Shown here one piece after another: positions 10,394-22,029 of a DNA stretch of 64,000 bases (positions are counted from its first letter, which is position 1; every line of letters begins with the position of its first letter). Below the pieces are notes generated by a model. That model saw nothing but the letters and a program-made list of their open reading frames with translations. It did not search any database and was not told the origin of the DNA. The position numbers and the translations under genes were made by a program. This stretch comes from an uncultured virus (IMG/VR IMGVR_UViG_2061766007_000727) (taxonomy: Duplodnaviria; Heunggongvirae; Uroviricota; Caudoviricetes), in IMG/VR virus record IMGVR_UViG_2061766007_000727. The stretch is one strand, 5' to 3'.

Positions 10394-10837
10394 ATGGAAA
10401 CTAAAATAGCCACTTCTATAACTCAATCAAAAATCTTAATAGATTTAGGAATTGATGTAAATACTGCGGATATGACATACAATGCTATAGTTGTAAGCGG
10501 AGAAGATAAAATGCTTATAAATGGATGGACATTAAACGTTGGTTTATATTCTGCAATTAAAGACAACGATTTTTCATACAGAAATGGTTACACATTTCCT
10601 GCTTGGAGTTTGTCAGCATTGATAGAGTTAATGCCATCAGCCACTTTAGATAGTTCTAATGACCATCATTATAGACTGCGTTGTATGGAGAAGTTTACAG
10701 AGTGGCATAAAAATATTATTGATGCGGCATTTGAAATGGTGAAATATCTTCTTGAAAATAAGAATCCTAAATCCGAAGAAGAACAAATCAAGGAGTTGGC
10801 AGAGTTGAAGAATGAATTGTTGAACAGTATTAAATAA
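10394..10837 (+). CDS. hypothetical protein (TS..QSK.L...PAWSL family), paralog of 24594
   Basis: Shared TSxxQSKxL, AD and PAWSL motifs. Confidence 0.8.
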   Translation: METKIATSITQSKILIDLGIDVNTADMTYNAIVVSGEDKMLINGWTLNVGLYSAIKDNDFSYRNGYTFPAWSLSALIELMPSATLDSSNDHHYRLRCMEKFTEWHKNIIDAAFEMVKYLLENKNPKSEEEQIKELAELKNELLNSIK

Positions 10838-10845
10838 TTACAACT

Positions 10846-12419
10846 ATGGCATCAAAGAAGAAACAAGACAACAAGCCAATCTTCCATTGTGAGGACTGCG
10901 CACACGCAACACCAGATATGAAGTTTGAGAATCTGTCCCTTGAAGGCAACCCCACCCTTCTAATCTGTCCCTTCGACAAGTGGAAGAAACTGTTCAAAGA
11001 ACCTGCGTGTGAGGAACATTTCAAGCATAAATCAATTTTATGAAAAATAATACGATTTTTGTTTGGATATAACAAAATAAGTATTACTTTTGTACTCAAT
11101 GATGATAACATCAGAAACACGTTAAAAAAAGAGTTATGTTAGCAGGAATAGTTACAAAGCAAGCGAGTGAGAATCCGTTGCGTGAGAAGTTTACGAAGAT
11201 TCTTAAAGGGTTTAATTTCATCACCCCTGTTATAGTTGATTACGTTCAGAGTGGCAGGTATATCTGCGAGATTTCAAAAGAACGGCACGTAGTAGAGCAT
11301 CTTGTAGGTGTTACGGTTGTTGATACCGTGAACAAAGAGCGGTGTATGGATAAGGATACGAGTTTCACAGGTAAGACGTGGAATGAATCTATGCAGAAGG
11401 CTTATTCATATATCGAGAGTTTGTAATTTAAATAATTAAAACTATGACGGTCATTGAATTGTTGGAGTATCTGACAAAAGAGGCTAAAGAGTTAAGAGAG
11501 CAACCTAACTTTATTAGTATTAACAAGCATCTTACAGGCATAGACGAAAAGAATATGCCAAGTAAAGAGCAAATAGATGGTGTGCTTGTAGCGTTCATCA
11601 ATTACGTTGGAATATCGCAGGGTTGTGACTATGCGTTAAGTCGTGAGAGTTTTATTGAAGATAAATAATCACAAACTATGACAAAAAATTTTTGAATTTA
11701 AACTTAAAGTAAAAGGAGGAAAAATAAGATGTTTAATGGTTATAACAAAGTGAAATTCACTCAACAAGAAATTATGAAAACTAAATATGCTGCGTGGCAG
11801 TGGTTGCAAATTTCTAAAGAAGATGAGAAGAAATGATTAATTGAAAATGCGATTGAATATTGTTTAACTAATCTAATTTAAATAACTATGGAATCTTGTA
11901 CAACAACAAAAGAAATTATAAAGGAGTTTTGTGAAAAGAATATGTCAACCCACACTGATTGGACAGGCACAAGGGTTGAAACCAAAACCAAATGTGAAAG
12001 CGTGGATGTATTTATTGATAGACTATGGAAATACATCGAGGATAACTATTACAGACTTTAAACAATTACAACTATGGAAGTGAAATTATTAAAACGAATT
12101 ATTAAAGATAACAAGTGTATAGACATTTGGCAGGAAAACACAATCTGCTTGCTGCCGTACATCAATATCACCATCATAAAATGGAGATTGTTTGATTGTA
12201 GGGTAGGTTGGTTGTTTTGGGTTATTAAATACTTTGGTGATTATAAACCTTGCGGATATGTACGAGTTTAAGTGGAATATAAGGATAGGTCTTTTGTGCA
12301 TATCATGGGCGAAAGACTATGAAAGTGACTTTATGAAGTTCACAGAGACCTACGCAGATGAATCATTGGTGTTCCTGCGCATATACAAATTGTGTTTAAC
12401 TAAATTCAAAAGAGTTTAA
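10846..12419 (+). CDS. small hypothetical genes (10846-11043 Cys/His-rich, 11136-11426, 11444-11668, 12074-12271 and others)
   Basis: ORF track; host-type promoter TACTTTTG at 11085-11092. Confidence 0.6.
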
Positions 12420-12571
12420 CTGATTTAATTTAATAAAGAATATGTCAGTTTGTTTATTGTTATCATCATTTATGTCCGAATGGTTTAGTAGTAATGTTAA
12501 ACCAATTAAGCATTCAAGCGGTAAACATTCTAAAAATCTATTCAAGATGTTAAAACAATTAAAATAAAACT

Positions 12572-13933
12572 ATGGACTATAAAGAAAAATACGAAAATGC
12601 TCTTGAAAAAGCAAGAGAACTAAAAAATAAACTTGAAAAGAGTTGCTCGCTTGCAACGCCAACGGGAATTGAATCAATCTTCCCCGAACTCAAAGTGGGC
12701 GAAGATGAGAAGATAAGAAAAAATATCAAAATTGCTCTTATGAGTATGGAAGATAATCTTTCAGTCTTTTATTCTACGCATCACACTTCACAAAAAGAAC
12801 TACTTGCTTGGCTTGAAAAGCAAGGTGAGCCACAACCATATAGGGGTAACGCTGATACAATGAGGAAAAACCTCATCAAAGCGTTCAAGTCAGTTGGTAG
12901 TAAGCATTGGGGCGGATTCGATGTTAGGGACATTATTCATTTTCTTGAGAGCAAAGATGCCATCGAACTTGAAAAGCAAGGTGAAAAACATATAGATGAA
13001 AAATTAAGCAATTTGCTTAATCGTGTTATATGCAGGTTTATCAATGACCCTTACATCCCTTATTCTGAAAGAGATGAGGTTTCAAATAAGATTATTCCTT
13101 ATGTTGAACAACTTGAAAAGCAAGGTGAACAGAAGCCTATAGAAGAAAAAGTTGAATCGATATACAAGGTTGGAGACTTTGTTCATTGTATAACTGACAA
13201 AGGGTTTGAGTACACATACATTTACAAAAGAAATCATGGGGCAGTAATACATGCGTTTGCTAAATATTCGCACGTAACTTCGGGATTATTATCTATTGAT
13301 GATACTCTGTATGAACCATCAATTTCCACGAAACGTAAAGCAACGCACGAAGAGATATGTACGCTTTTGCAATCCATTTCTAAACATGGTTACGAATGGG
13401 ATGCCGATAAAAAGGAGTTGAGAGAGATAGATAATTACTGCAAAGAAAACTGTAAAGGTTATCAAGAAACAGGTAAGTGCTATGCTGATGGAGAGTGTAA
13501 GGCTAAAAGAGATGCAGAGCAGAACCCTGCTTGGAGTGAGGAAGATGAATTAATGCTGACATCAACTATAAATACTCTAAAACTTACAAATGGTACTGCG
13601 CAAATAAAGATTGATTGGCTTAAATCCCTCAAAGACAAAGTACAACCAAAACAAAAACAAGAGTGGAGTGAGGATGATGAGAAAATGTTAAAGTGGTTAT
13701 GCCGTATTGTACATTCTCAAAGGTTGGATAGAGTAATAACACTCAAAGAAGAATCAGAACTTGGGCAATGGATGGATAAATGGCTTAATCATAATCCCCA
13801 GTCCCATTGGAAACCAACGGAAGAACAGATACATTGTTTTAAATGTGTTATTGATTTTTATAAGACAAAAGTTAATGATACTATTGTTCTAAACCTTCTT
13901 AATTCACTTTATAATAATCTTTTAAAACTTTGA
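12572..13933 (+). CDS. mosaic repeat protein (LEKQGE x3, WSEE/DDE x2)
   Basis: Repeated short linkers separate unrelated segments. Confidence 0.8.
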   Translation: MDYKEKYENALEKARELKNKLEKSCSLATPTGIESIFPELKVGEDEKIRKNIKIALMSMEDNLSVFYSTHHTSQKELLAWLEKQGEPQPYRGNADTMRKNLIKAFKSVGSKHWGGFDVRDIIHFLESKDAIELEKQGEKHIDEKLSNLLNRVICRFINDPYIPYSERDEVSNKIIPYVEQLEKQGEQKPIEEKVESIYKVGDFVHCITDKGFEYTYIYKRNHGAVIHAFAKYSHVTSGLLSIDDTLYEPSISTKRKATHEEICTLLQSISKHGYEWDADKKELREIDNYCKENCKGYQETGKCYADGECKAKRDAEQNPAWSEEDELMLTSTINTLKLTNGTAQIKIDWLKSLKDKVQPKQKQEWSEDDEKMLKWLCRIVHSQRLDRVITLKEESELGQWMDKWLNHNPQSHWKPTEEQIHCFKCVIDFYKTKVNDTIVLNLLNSLYNNLLKL

Positions 13934-13935
13934 GT

Positions 13936-15755
13936 ATGAGAATTATTGGAATGATATTAACAGGCTTAATATGTTTGTTAAGTATTGTGTATTTAATACA
14001 TAAGATAAACAAAGAAGAAATGAAGCCATCATTATTGATTTTATTATTTACAATAATAAATTTAAATGCTTTAGTATTTTTGATTCTACTTGGTTTAAGT
14101 CTAAAACTTTAAAAAACTATTGAACTATGACAAACGAAGAGTATGCGATAGAACTTGCGGAGAACATATCTCCCTATGATATTGGTGGAGATAACGCAGC
14201 ACACTATGCCGCAAAAGACGCAGCACTTGATGCAATGGAGTGGAAAGATAAGCAGTTTGAAGAATTGCTGAATAGCCTCCCACAAGGAGTAAAAGATTTA
14301 ATTAAAACATTAGCAATATGACAAACGACGAAATGGCGGAAATGATTGCGGAAAGAAATGGCAATCAGCGTTATTGCAAAAATTGTGATGATTGTTGTCA
14401 GCCGTACAATTCAACCGATGATTGCTTTAAATCAGCGATGCAAGCAATAGAATGGAAAGACGAGCAACACACACAAGAGAAACAACAATGGATTGAAAAG
14501 GCGGTTGATTGGTTGTATGATAATGCTTGTTTTTATACGTATGATGATTATGACAATGAAGCATATATCCATCGCAAAGAATTAGTAGATGATTTCAAAA
14601 AAGCAATGAGAGGAGAATAAGCAATGGAAATTACAAGGGAAGAAATACTAAATTCTTCGGAATATTGGCAAGAAAGGGCTGAAACTCAATGTTATACCGA
14701 AGGTATTGATTGCACTATTCAATTAGTGGACAAACAACAATTCATTGACAAGGCTTGCGAGTGGATAGAAAAATTGATGGTTGCAAGTGGCAATTATGAT
14801 GCTTATGATATTCAAGAAAATTTAAACGATTTCAAACAAACAATGAAAGGAGAATAACAACTATGAAAGTTTTTAATTTTTCAATCGATGAAGCCACATT
14901 CTTCGGTGATGATGACGATAACACTGACACCATCGCTGACGAGATAGCATACAGGCTGAACATATCAAGTTCGGAAGTTTATGTTGAGGAAATAGAAACC
15001 ATTGAGGATAACACAAAAGAAGGAGAACAAGAACTATGATACATATTGTTAGAGCAATGGAATGTAATGAAAACGAGTGTTCTTTTTATTTAAACAAAGA
15101 TTTTGCTTATAATGATTTGAAGGATTATTATATTAATAAGCAATATATCGTTTCTTTTGAAAAGGTCTTGATTAGATATTGCGAAACCCCCATAGAGGGT
15201 ATTAAAATAATAATGTCCACTGGCAGGGTATTTCTTGCGGTTATGAATATGGGTTCAATGTTAAATCTTATTCCAGACTTCACAACCGACATGGAGATGG
15301 TGGATGATATAATAACAAATCTCCAAAAAGTCGAAAAAGATTATAATGTTACTCTTGTAAAAGAAATAGAATGGTTAAAGAACAAAATGAAAGGAGAATA
15401 ACAAACTATGTATTGGGAATTGAAATGTCCGTATTGCGGAAAGGAAATAGATTTGGACTTCACCGACCACAATCTGTATGATGAGGAAACATTCCAGATG
15501 GAATGTCCGGAGTGTGAGATGATAATCAATGTGACACCAAGCATATCCATCGATATAAAGTTGGATAAGTGCGATTGTCAGTTGGAGAATCACGAATGGC
15601 AACCATCAATCACCAACCCACGTTGTTTGACAGAGATGGTTTGCACACATTGTGGCGAGAGAAGGAAACCCACTGACGAGGAAAAGACCAAATACAATAT
15701 TCCGTCAGTGGAGGATTTCATAAAAGAGTTGGAATCAGAAAGTAAAAAATCTTAA
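13936..15755 (+). CDS. cluster of small hypothetical genes, including a 2-TM protein (~13936-14112), AMEWKD-family genes (14127, 14318, 14624), 15036-15401 and a Zn-finger protein 15408-15755
   Basis: ORF track; CPYC/CPEC/CTHC motifs in 15408. Confidence 0.7.
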
Positions 15756-15764
15756 TAAAGGAAA

Positions 15765-16438
15765 ATGATTATGGAAACATCAAACGAACATAATAACAAA
15801 ATAACACACACTATGGAACAATCACAACAAGACTACATAAAGAACACAATCTCCGATTCGATAAAGTCACTCAAATCGAAATCCAAGAACCGTATCTGTA
15901 TCGACACCGACACACTCCGAGAGTGCATCACCAACATAATCGAAAGCACCATACGGTTCGCAGAATCACAACGCATACAACCGAAACTAAAGTCCGTACA
16001 ACAGGACATAGAGTTTAAGGCATATAGCCTTTATCCGTCNNNNNNNNNNAGACGCAACCGAAACCCAAGTCCGTACAACAGGACATAGAGTTTAAGGCAT
16101 ATAGCCTTTATCCGTCTTACAGTAATCCATCCAACATCCCACTCCAACAAGCCTTCATATTAGGCGCACAGTGGATACACCATATCAGCACCAGCACCGA
16201 CACCGACTACAAGGAGAAATACGAATCAGCACTCCATCTCGCAAAGTCTTGGTATGACCACTACTTTGACGATTACAAGTCAGTGGCGGACTTGATGGAG
16301 AAACATCCGCAAAGTTATATGTCAATACTGTGGCATATCAATAACGTGGAAAAATTCCTTCCAAATATGTTCTCCGAACTCAACAACGATGACGAATGGT
16401 GGAACAACTACATCAAAACAATAAACACATCAAAATAA
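15765..16438 (+). CDS. hypothetical protein interrupted by an assembly gap/duplication; continues ...YSLYPSYSNP...TDYKEKYESAL...INTSK*
   Basis: Removing the duplicated flank at the N gap (16040-16049) restores one open frame to TAA 16438. Confidence 0.6.
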
Positions 16439-16595
16439 TAAACAATCCCAACTATTCCATTTCTAAATAATTATTCTGCTTAACTTATTGATAACCACAT
16501 ATATAAATAAAAATAATACTTTTTTTGTTTTTAACCCAAGAATTAACGCTTTTATTGTATATTTGCAACAGATAACTTTAAAAATATTACTTTCT

Positions 16596-17258
16596 ATGGG
16601 AAGACCTAAAATACCTCGTAATTATCTTATCCTTGAATACCAACTGCGGATAACAACAACACAACTCAAGGACAAACTGACTTCTCTATCAACTGACAAC
16701 AACACCGTCTCCGACACTATAACCATTCACGACAAACGTAACACCAAATCAATGGACAACATCAACTACACCGCAACTCTTAACCAAGACAACACCATAA
16801 CCCTCAATCTTAATTGGACTGACAATAACACTCCCTACAAACAAACACTCACTATGGCTCACATCTCAAGACATCTCAAACCTATTCCCAATTACAGACA
16901 ATTCTACTTCGTGTTCGATGACATCAAAACAAGAAACGCTTACTATAACGAACACCAATTCAAATCCGACAAACAATTCCCTTGCAGAATAGATAAACGT
17001 TACATCTCAACAAAAAAACGCAATATGCTCGTTATAATGAATCCACCTCAATATACAGGCAAAAGACCGAGAAGGAAATTTGTTTCAACTAAAGGCTATC
17101 CAACTAAATACGCTAAAGCATATATGCGCTATCAAATCAAACTCAACGACTACTTTATGGAAATGGTTGACCTAACAACAAGCGAGGAAAAACAACAACT
17201 CAACAAGTTCATCAAGTGGTCTGAACAAATAAAGGAATCAATAAACAAAATGCAATGA
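16596..17258 (+). CDS. basic hypothetical protein next to the putative origin (possible DNA-binding protein)
   Basis: ATG 16596 (MGRPKIPR) after promoter TATATTTG 16558-16565; K/R-rich C-terminal half. Confidence 0.7.
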   Translation: MGRPKIPRNYLILEYQLRITTTQLKDKLTSLSTDNNTVSDTITIHDKRNTKSMDNINYTATLNQDNTITLNLNWTDNNTPYKQTLTMAHISRHLKPIPNYRQFYFVFDDIKTRNAYYNEHQFKSDKQFPCRIDKRYISTKKRNMLVIMNPPQYTGKRPRRKFVSTKGYPTKYAKAYMRYQIKLNDYFMEMVDLTTSEEKQQLNKFIKWSEQIKESINKMQ

Positions 17259-17283
17259 TATGTCTAACTTAAATACAACAACT

Positions 17284-17637
17284 ATGAGTACAATCAATCT
17301 AAACAAACTCACAATCGGTTTCGGCTCAACATACGAGCGGACAGAACCCAACACCTTCACCATCACAGGTGACATCACCATCCAAGCGTCTCAAGGCGCA
17401 CAACACCTCACCATAAGCGTTGACAAACTCACTATGGTCTATAACAACGAGGGACTGCTTGACTACATAAACAAGTCCGAACACAAGAACCTTGAAGTGT
17501 TCAGTGACGCAGAGCGTTACTTTGTAGCGCAGGAGATGGATTGGGACACGGACACACACGGCTACAAGTTTGAAACCGATGGGAACAGTATTGAGATGTA
17601 CGCAGACTTTGATATATATGGGGAAGATGTGTATTGA
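17284..17637 (+). CDS. hypothetical protein
   Basis: ORF followed by terminator hairpin 17676-17715. Confidence 0.7.
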   Translation: MSTINLNKLTIGFGSTYERTEPNTFTITGDITIQASQGAQHLTISVDKLTMVYNNEGLLDYINKSEHKNLEVFSDAERYFVAQEMDWDTDTHGYKFETDGNSIEMYADFDIYGEDVY

Positions 17638-17639
17638 GA

Positions 17640-18430
17640 TATAAATATTTCTTCATAAGGTCATTGTTATTACGTGATGGCGGTAGTGTCGTGATGACGC
17701 AGCCGCCATTTTTGTTTTTGGCTTGAATAAATGGGGAGTGTAGCGTATATCTTTTGAAAAATGATAAATGTATCACAAGATGGGGGTGAACCGCTCTACG
17801 AGCCTAAAAATAGCCTTCTCTTTAATTGTGGCGAAATCGCCATAATTAGATAGCCAGAATCCAGAGAGTTGTTTGCGGACAGGGTGTAAAAATATTATTG
17901 TTAAATAGAAGAAGGAAAAACACCGAGTTTTAGCATATTATTGTTAAATAGAGTGGGTAAAATAATAGGTGGCTTGTTATTTTTGGGGTTGCGGAGACGG
18001 AAGGAGTGGTGTTATGGTGTGCGGAAATGGTCTGAAAGAGGGGTAAAATACGTGTTATAACTTACGATTTGAAAGTGAAAGGCAGGGTTCTGCTTACAAT
18101 CAAAATGAAAAATCCCAAAGGGTGTAAAGTTAAATCGTAAGTAAAATGGGGTGTTTTGCTTACGGATTGTAAGATTTATGGGGATTTTGGGGTTATAGAG
18201 TGTTGGTTGGTGGGGTGGATGGGTTACGGAATGGAATCCGATTATATCGAAAATAATAATAATAGTTAATTATTAATTAATAAAAAAGATAATAATATGA
18301 TATGTAACTTAATAATTTATTATGTAATTAACAATTAAATGTTAATTATAAATTAGTAAAAAAGATAATAAAGTGTTGTATAACTTAATATCCTTTTTGT
18401 ATATTTGCCAAGTTTTAAAAAATAAATATT
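17640..18430. other. candidate replication origin / non-coding control region
   Basis: GC-skew inversion, 18-bp direct repeat, hairpin 17823-17848, CTTACG/CGTAAG repeats and an AT-only tract at 18240-18430. Confidence 0.5.
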
Positions 18431-19006
18431 ATGGATATACAGTTAAACGATTATGTGGTACGGCAGAGGGAGGATGGCAAGTATTGTGCAACGCATCTGC
18501 TGAACCAAGTGAATGAGAAGAAGTCCGAAAGGACACCGATGGTTGCCTATATGAGAAAGCAGACAACCAAGAACCTAATAAAAGAGTTGGGTGAAGGCAG
18601 TGTGAGTATGGAGAGGGTTAAGTCCAACGGCAGACCATTTGATGTGATGTGGTTCAGTCCGTATCTGTTCATAGACTTCGTGTTGTGGGTTGAGCCTTCC
18701 ATCTACAAGGATGTCTATATGCTTGTGGCGATGAGAACCGCCTATAAGGTTATCATAGAGCGTGACTGCGAGAGAATAAAGAAGAAAGCATCCACGTATG
18801 CAGGCTATGATGTTACAAGGCTTGTAAAGGGTTTGAACTATGCCGTTACAGGCAAAGCGGAGACTACTATCAACTATTATATGAGTGATGAGGACTTGAA
18901 CGCTATGGTGGAGTTGGTGGAACGTTTGTATGAGCAGATGAATATGGGAACGATAACAAACTTTGAATCGGTGCTTATGTTTCTTAAAAATTACGTTAAG
19001 GGTTGA
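18431..19006 (+). CDS. KilA-N domain DNA-binding protein
   Basis: VRQREDGKYCATHLL...WFSPYLFIDFVLWVEP matches the KilA-N pattern. Confidence 0.8.
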   Translation: MDIQLNDYVVRQREDGKYCATHLLNQVNEKKSERTPMVAYMRKQTTKNLIKELGEGSVSMERVKSNGRPFDVMWFSPYLFIDFVLWVEPSIYKDVYMLVAMRTAYKVIIERDCERIKKKASTYAGYDVTRLVKGLNYAVTGKAETTINYYMSDEDLNAMVELVERLYEQMNMGTITNFESVLMFLKNYVKG

Positions 19007-19197
19007 ATATTAACTTGATGATTATTTTGTAAATTTATTTATAATATAATTTGATAAAAAGACAATAAGGTAACAACCAAACATTTCTAATTCCCCAAAA
19101 AAGTGGGGAGTTAAAAATGAATACAAATGGGGAGAATTGTCCCTATTTGGAAAGTGTTGAGAATAAGGTTTATGTATAATTTTAAAATAAAGTTATT

Positions 19198-20286
19198 ATG
19201 GAACAGATAACAAACAAGGAGTACGGCTCGATAAGGGTTGAGCGCAAGGGTAAGCAAGCATTGTACTGCGCATACGATGTATGTGTTGCATTGAAGATTG
19301 AGAACGGCAAGAGCGTGATTGAATCAGTGGTGGGTAAGGATGATATTGTGTCCGTCAAACTGAATGGTGCTGACGCAATGTTTCTGACAACAGATGGTTT
19401 GCGCACCCTTGTTGACTTTGTGGAATCGGTGTCGGTTTATGATAGTTTGGATTCACTCAAGGAGTGGTTGGGTATCAGTAATGTCAAACCTCAACCAAAG
19501 AATGAGGATGTGGTTGTGTTTGAGAATGAGCAGTTCGGACAGATACGAACCGCAGGAACGAGTGACAATCCGTTGTTCTGCTTGGCGGATATTTGCAAGG
19601 CTCTTGAACTGACGGTACAAAACACCAAAAAACGTCTAAATGAAAAGGGGGTATATCCGATATACACCCTTACGCAAGGTGGTGAACAACAACTGCTTTA
19701 TGTCAACGAGCAGAACTTGTACAAGGTTATAATGCGCAGTGACAAGCCGCAAGCGGAAGCGTTCCAAGATTGGGTTTGCGGTGATGTGCTGCCATCCATC
19801 CGCAAGACAGGTTCGTATGCGGTTGAGAAACCGAAGGAGGTCAAGATGGCGGAAGCGTTAAAGTTGGCTGACGAGACCATCAATGAGTACAAGAGCAAAC
19901 TTGACTACGCCAAAGGACAGATACAGGGCAAGACGGAGACCATAAAGAAACTGATGCCTTTGTCGAACTATGCGGAGAAGGTTCTTTGTTCCGACAATAC
20001 GTACACTCTTACCGAGATTGCAAACGAACTTGGTTTTAGGAACATCGGCATATTCACAAGTCTTTTGAAGGCGAACAAGATTATCTACAAGGGTGGTGAC
20101 AGATATATGACATACGCAGGAATCACCGAGAAGGGTTATTTCACCACACGTACCGCCAATATTAGAATAAGTGGTAAGGAAGTGCCGAGAACATATCTTG
20201 TGGTTACGGAGAAGGGCAGAGAGTATCTACACGAGAGATTTGACAAGAACCTCAACTTCGGTCTGTTCAAGGATGTTAATGCGTAA
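19198..20286 (+). CDS. BRO-N domain antirepressor with C-terminal ANT/KilAC domain
   Basis: FENEQFGQIRT...PLFCLADICKAL...SDKPQAEAFQDWVCGDVLPSIRKTGSY; C-terminal TLTEIANELG...VTEKGREYL. Confidence 0.92.
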   Translation: MEQITNKEYGSIRVERKGKQALYCAYDVCVALKIENGKSVIESVVGKDDIVSVKLNGADAMFLTTDGLRTLVDFVESVSVYDSLDSLKEWLGISNVKPQPKNEDVVVFENEQFGQIRTAGTSDNPLFCLADICKALELTVQNTKKRLNEKGVYPIYTLTQGGEQQLLYVNEQNLYKVIMRSDKPQAEAFQDWVCGDVLPSIRKTGSYAVEKPKEVKMAEALKLADETINEYKSKLDYAKGQIQGKTETIKKLMPLSNYAEKVLCSDNTYTLTEIANELGFRNIGIFTSLLKANKIIYKGGDRYMTYAGITEKGYFTTRTANIRISGKEVPRTYLVVTEKGREYLHERFDKNLNFGLFKDVNA

Positions 20287-20350
20287 TATTGCACATAGGG
20301 GTGTAACGAATTGTTACATCCCTTCAATTAAAAACTAAAAGAGAGATATT

Positions 20351-20647
20351 ATGAAAGCGGAACTGATAGTATTGCACCATAACGGAAAGACAGTCTGTAT
20401 GGTGGAGAAGGAGTTTGAGTTGAAGCCTGTGAGAGAACATGCAGGATACGAGCGCATAGGCTTGATGATAGTGGATGGTGACGAGTTGTCATTCTTCGGC
20501 AAGTCAATGGTTGACGTGTTTGTGTGTCGTAAGAGCGGTATGGTGTTGAGGGTGTGCAGTGATGTGAGCAAAGAATGGTATGGTTTGAAGATAGACGGAA
20601 GCGAGCATCTGATGATACACTTACAGAATGTAAGCAAAAAGGGGTGA
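20351..20647 (+). CDS. hypothetical protein
   Basis: ORF with a typical start context. Confidence 0.65.
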   Translation: MKAELIVLHHNGKTVCMVEKEFELKPVREHAGYERIGLMIVDGDELSFFGKSMVDVFVCRKSGMVLRVCSDVSKEWYGLKIDGSEHLMIHLQNVSKKG

Positions 20648-20744
20648 TTCGCTTACGATTTTTCTTTACATCCTTATAGGAAAATGAAATTTATTGTAAG
20701 TAAAAATGGTATATTCGGTTACGATTTGTAAGTTGGTATTAGGT

Positions 20745-20755
20745 TTATATATTAG
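20745..20755 (+). promoter_or_regulatory. putative late promoter TTATATATTAG
   Basis: Exact motif copy upstream of 20777. Confidence 0.6.
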
Positions 20756-20776
20756 AGTATAAAAGGAATTTATATT

Positions 20777-21771
20777 ATGAAGGGTGCGATGAAGATATGG
20801 ATTGCATACTGCTCAAAGGACAGATACGCAGACAATGGTGTGTACGTGCTTGTGCAGGCGAAGTCGAAGAACGAGGCGAACACCAAGTTGGAGAACACAT
20901 ACGATTATGAGATGGTACACACCATCAGCCTTGTGAGTGATGAGATACAATACGAGTATCTTACGGAACAGGGAAGGGAGTTCGTTGAGGATATGGGAGG
21001 AGTTCTTGAGTTGGGTTCGACAAGGATAGATGACGAGAACGATTTGGTGTCCGCAGGATTGTACGATGGTGACTATATCATTGGGGACACCACGTATGAG
21101 GTGCAGATAAAAGCGTTCACATCTGCGTTTGAGAAACCGAAGTGGTACACGATGAACTACTGCAACGGAGTTGATTCAAAGTATTGGAAGGCGTTGAAGA
21201 AACGGAGTAAGAACCGAAGTGGTGACATATTGGATGAATACCGACTTGTTGACAAGGAAGGAAACGTTGTTGACAAGTGTGATATATGGAGATAACATTT
21301 TAAAAAGATATTACTATGGATTTAAATTTGACATTAAGCGGTGAGAGCGAGGAGTTGAGAGCCGCATTGGAGAATGTAAGGGACATATTATGGAACAACA
21401 GTGCCGAATCACTGCAACTTGAAGGTGATGTGAAGAACAACCTTGAGGACAGTGTGGACTTTGTATATAACACGTACCGAGCGAGGGAGATATACCAATC
21501 AGCAATGGAACGTATGGTTAGCGAGGTGGAATGGAGTGAGGAGGATTTTGAACTTTTGAAACTCCACAACGGAGGAAGGTATTGGAAGACGCTGGATGAT
21601 GATTTGGCAGGAGACGTTGATAATTTTGCTGACAAGGTGTATGGTATGTTGGACGGATTCATAACAGAGATGGATTCCGACTTTGACTTTAACACGTTAG
21701 ACGAGTATATATCTACGGCTGACACATTCTTCTATCTTGAGGATGGGTTGAGGGAACGCTACGGATACTGA
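20777..21771 (+). CDS. two late-promoter hypothetical genes (20777-21295; 21316-21771, very acidic)
   Basis: ORF track; terminator at ~21802-21836. Confidence 0.7.
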
Positions 21772-21879
21772 TATTCTCATATAACCCAAGATGGTTGATA
21801 CGGGGTGTGCTTTGAAGGTACACCCTTATTTTTTTTGCATAATTGTTTTGTAATTAAAAAATCTTATATACTTTTGTGG

Positions 21880-21958
21880 TGTGGTATGGTGTAACTGCGC
21901 AAGCGACATCGCCCATGACCCACAAAGTAACCGTTTGAATAAAGCGGTTATTTTTTTT
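21880..21958 (+). ncRNA. candidate small RNA (promoter, GCAA-capped stem, terminator)
   Basis: TACTTTTG 21869-21876; no ORF; GTGG/CCAC and TATGG/CCATG stems; terminator TAACCGTTT/AAAGCGGTTA+T8. Confidence 0.45.
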
Positions 21959-22029
21959 GTAAAAAAGTTACCCCACCCTATTGCACGTAACAAAATTTGT
22001 ATTACTTTTGTGGTATTGAAAGTTCTTTG

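Noticed and set aside
15975..16116. Direct repeat apparently frameshifting ORF 15765
   Set aside because: It flanks an N gap; collapsing it restores a single ORF
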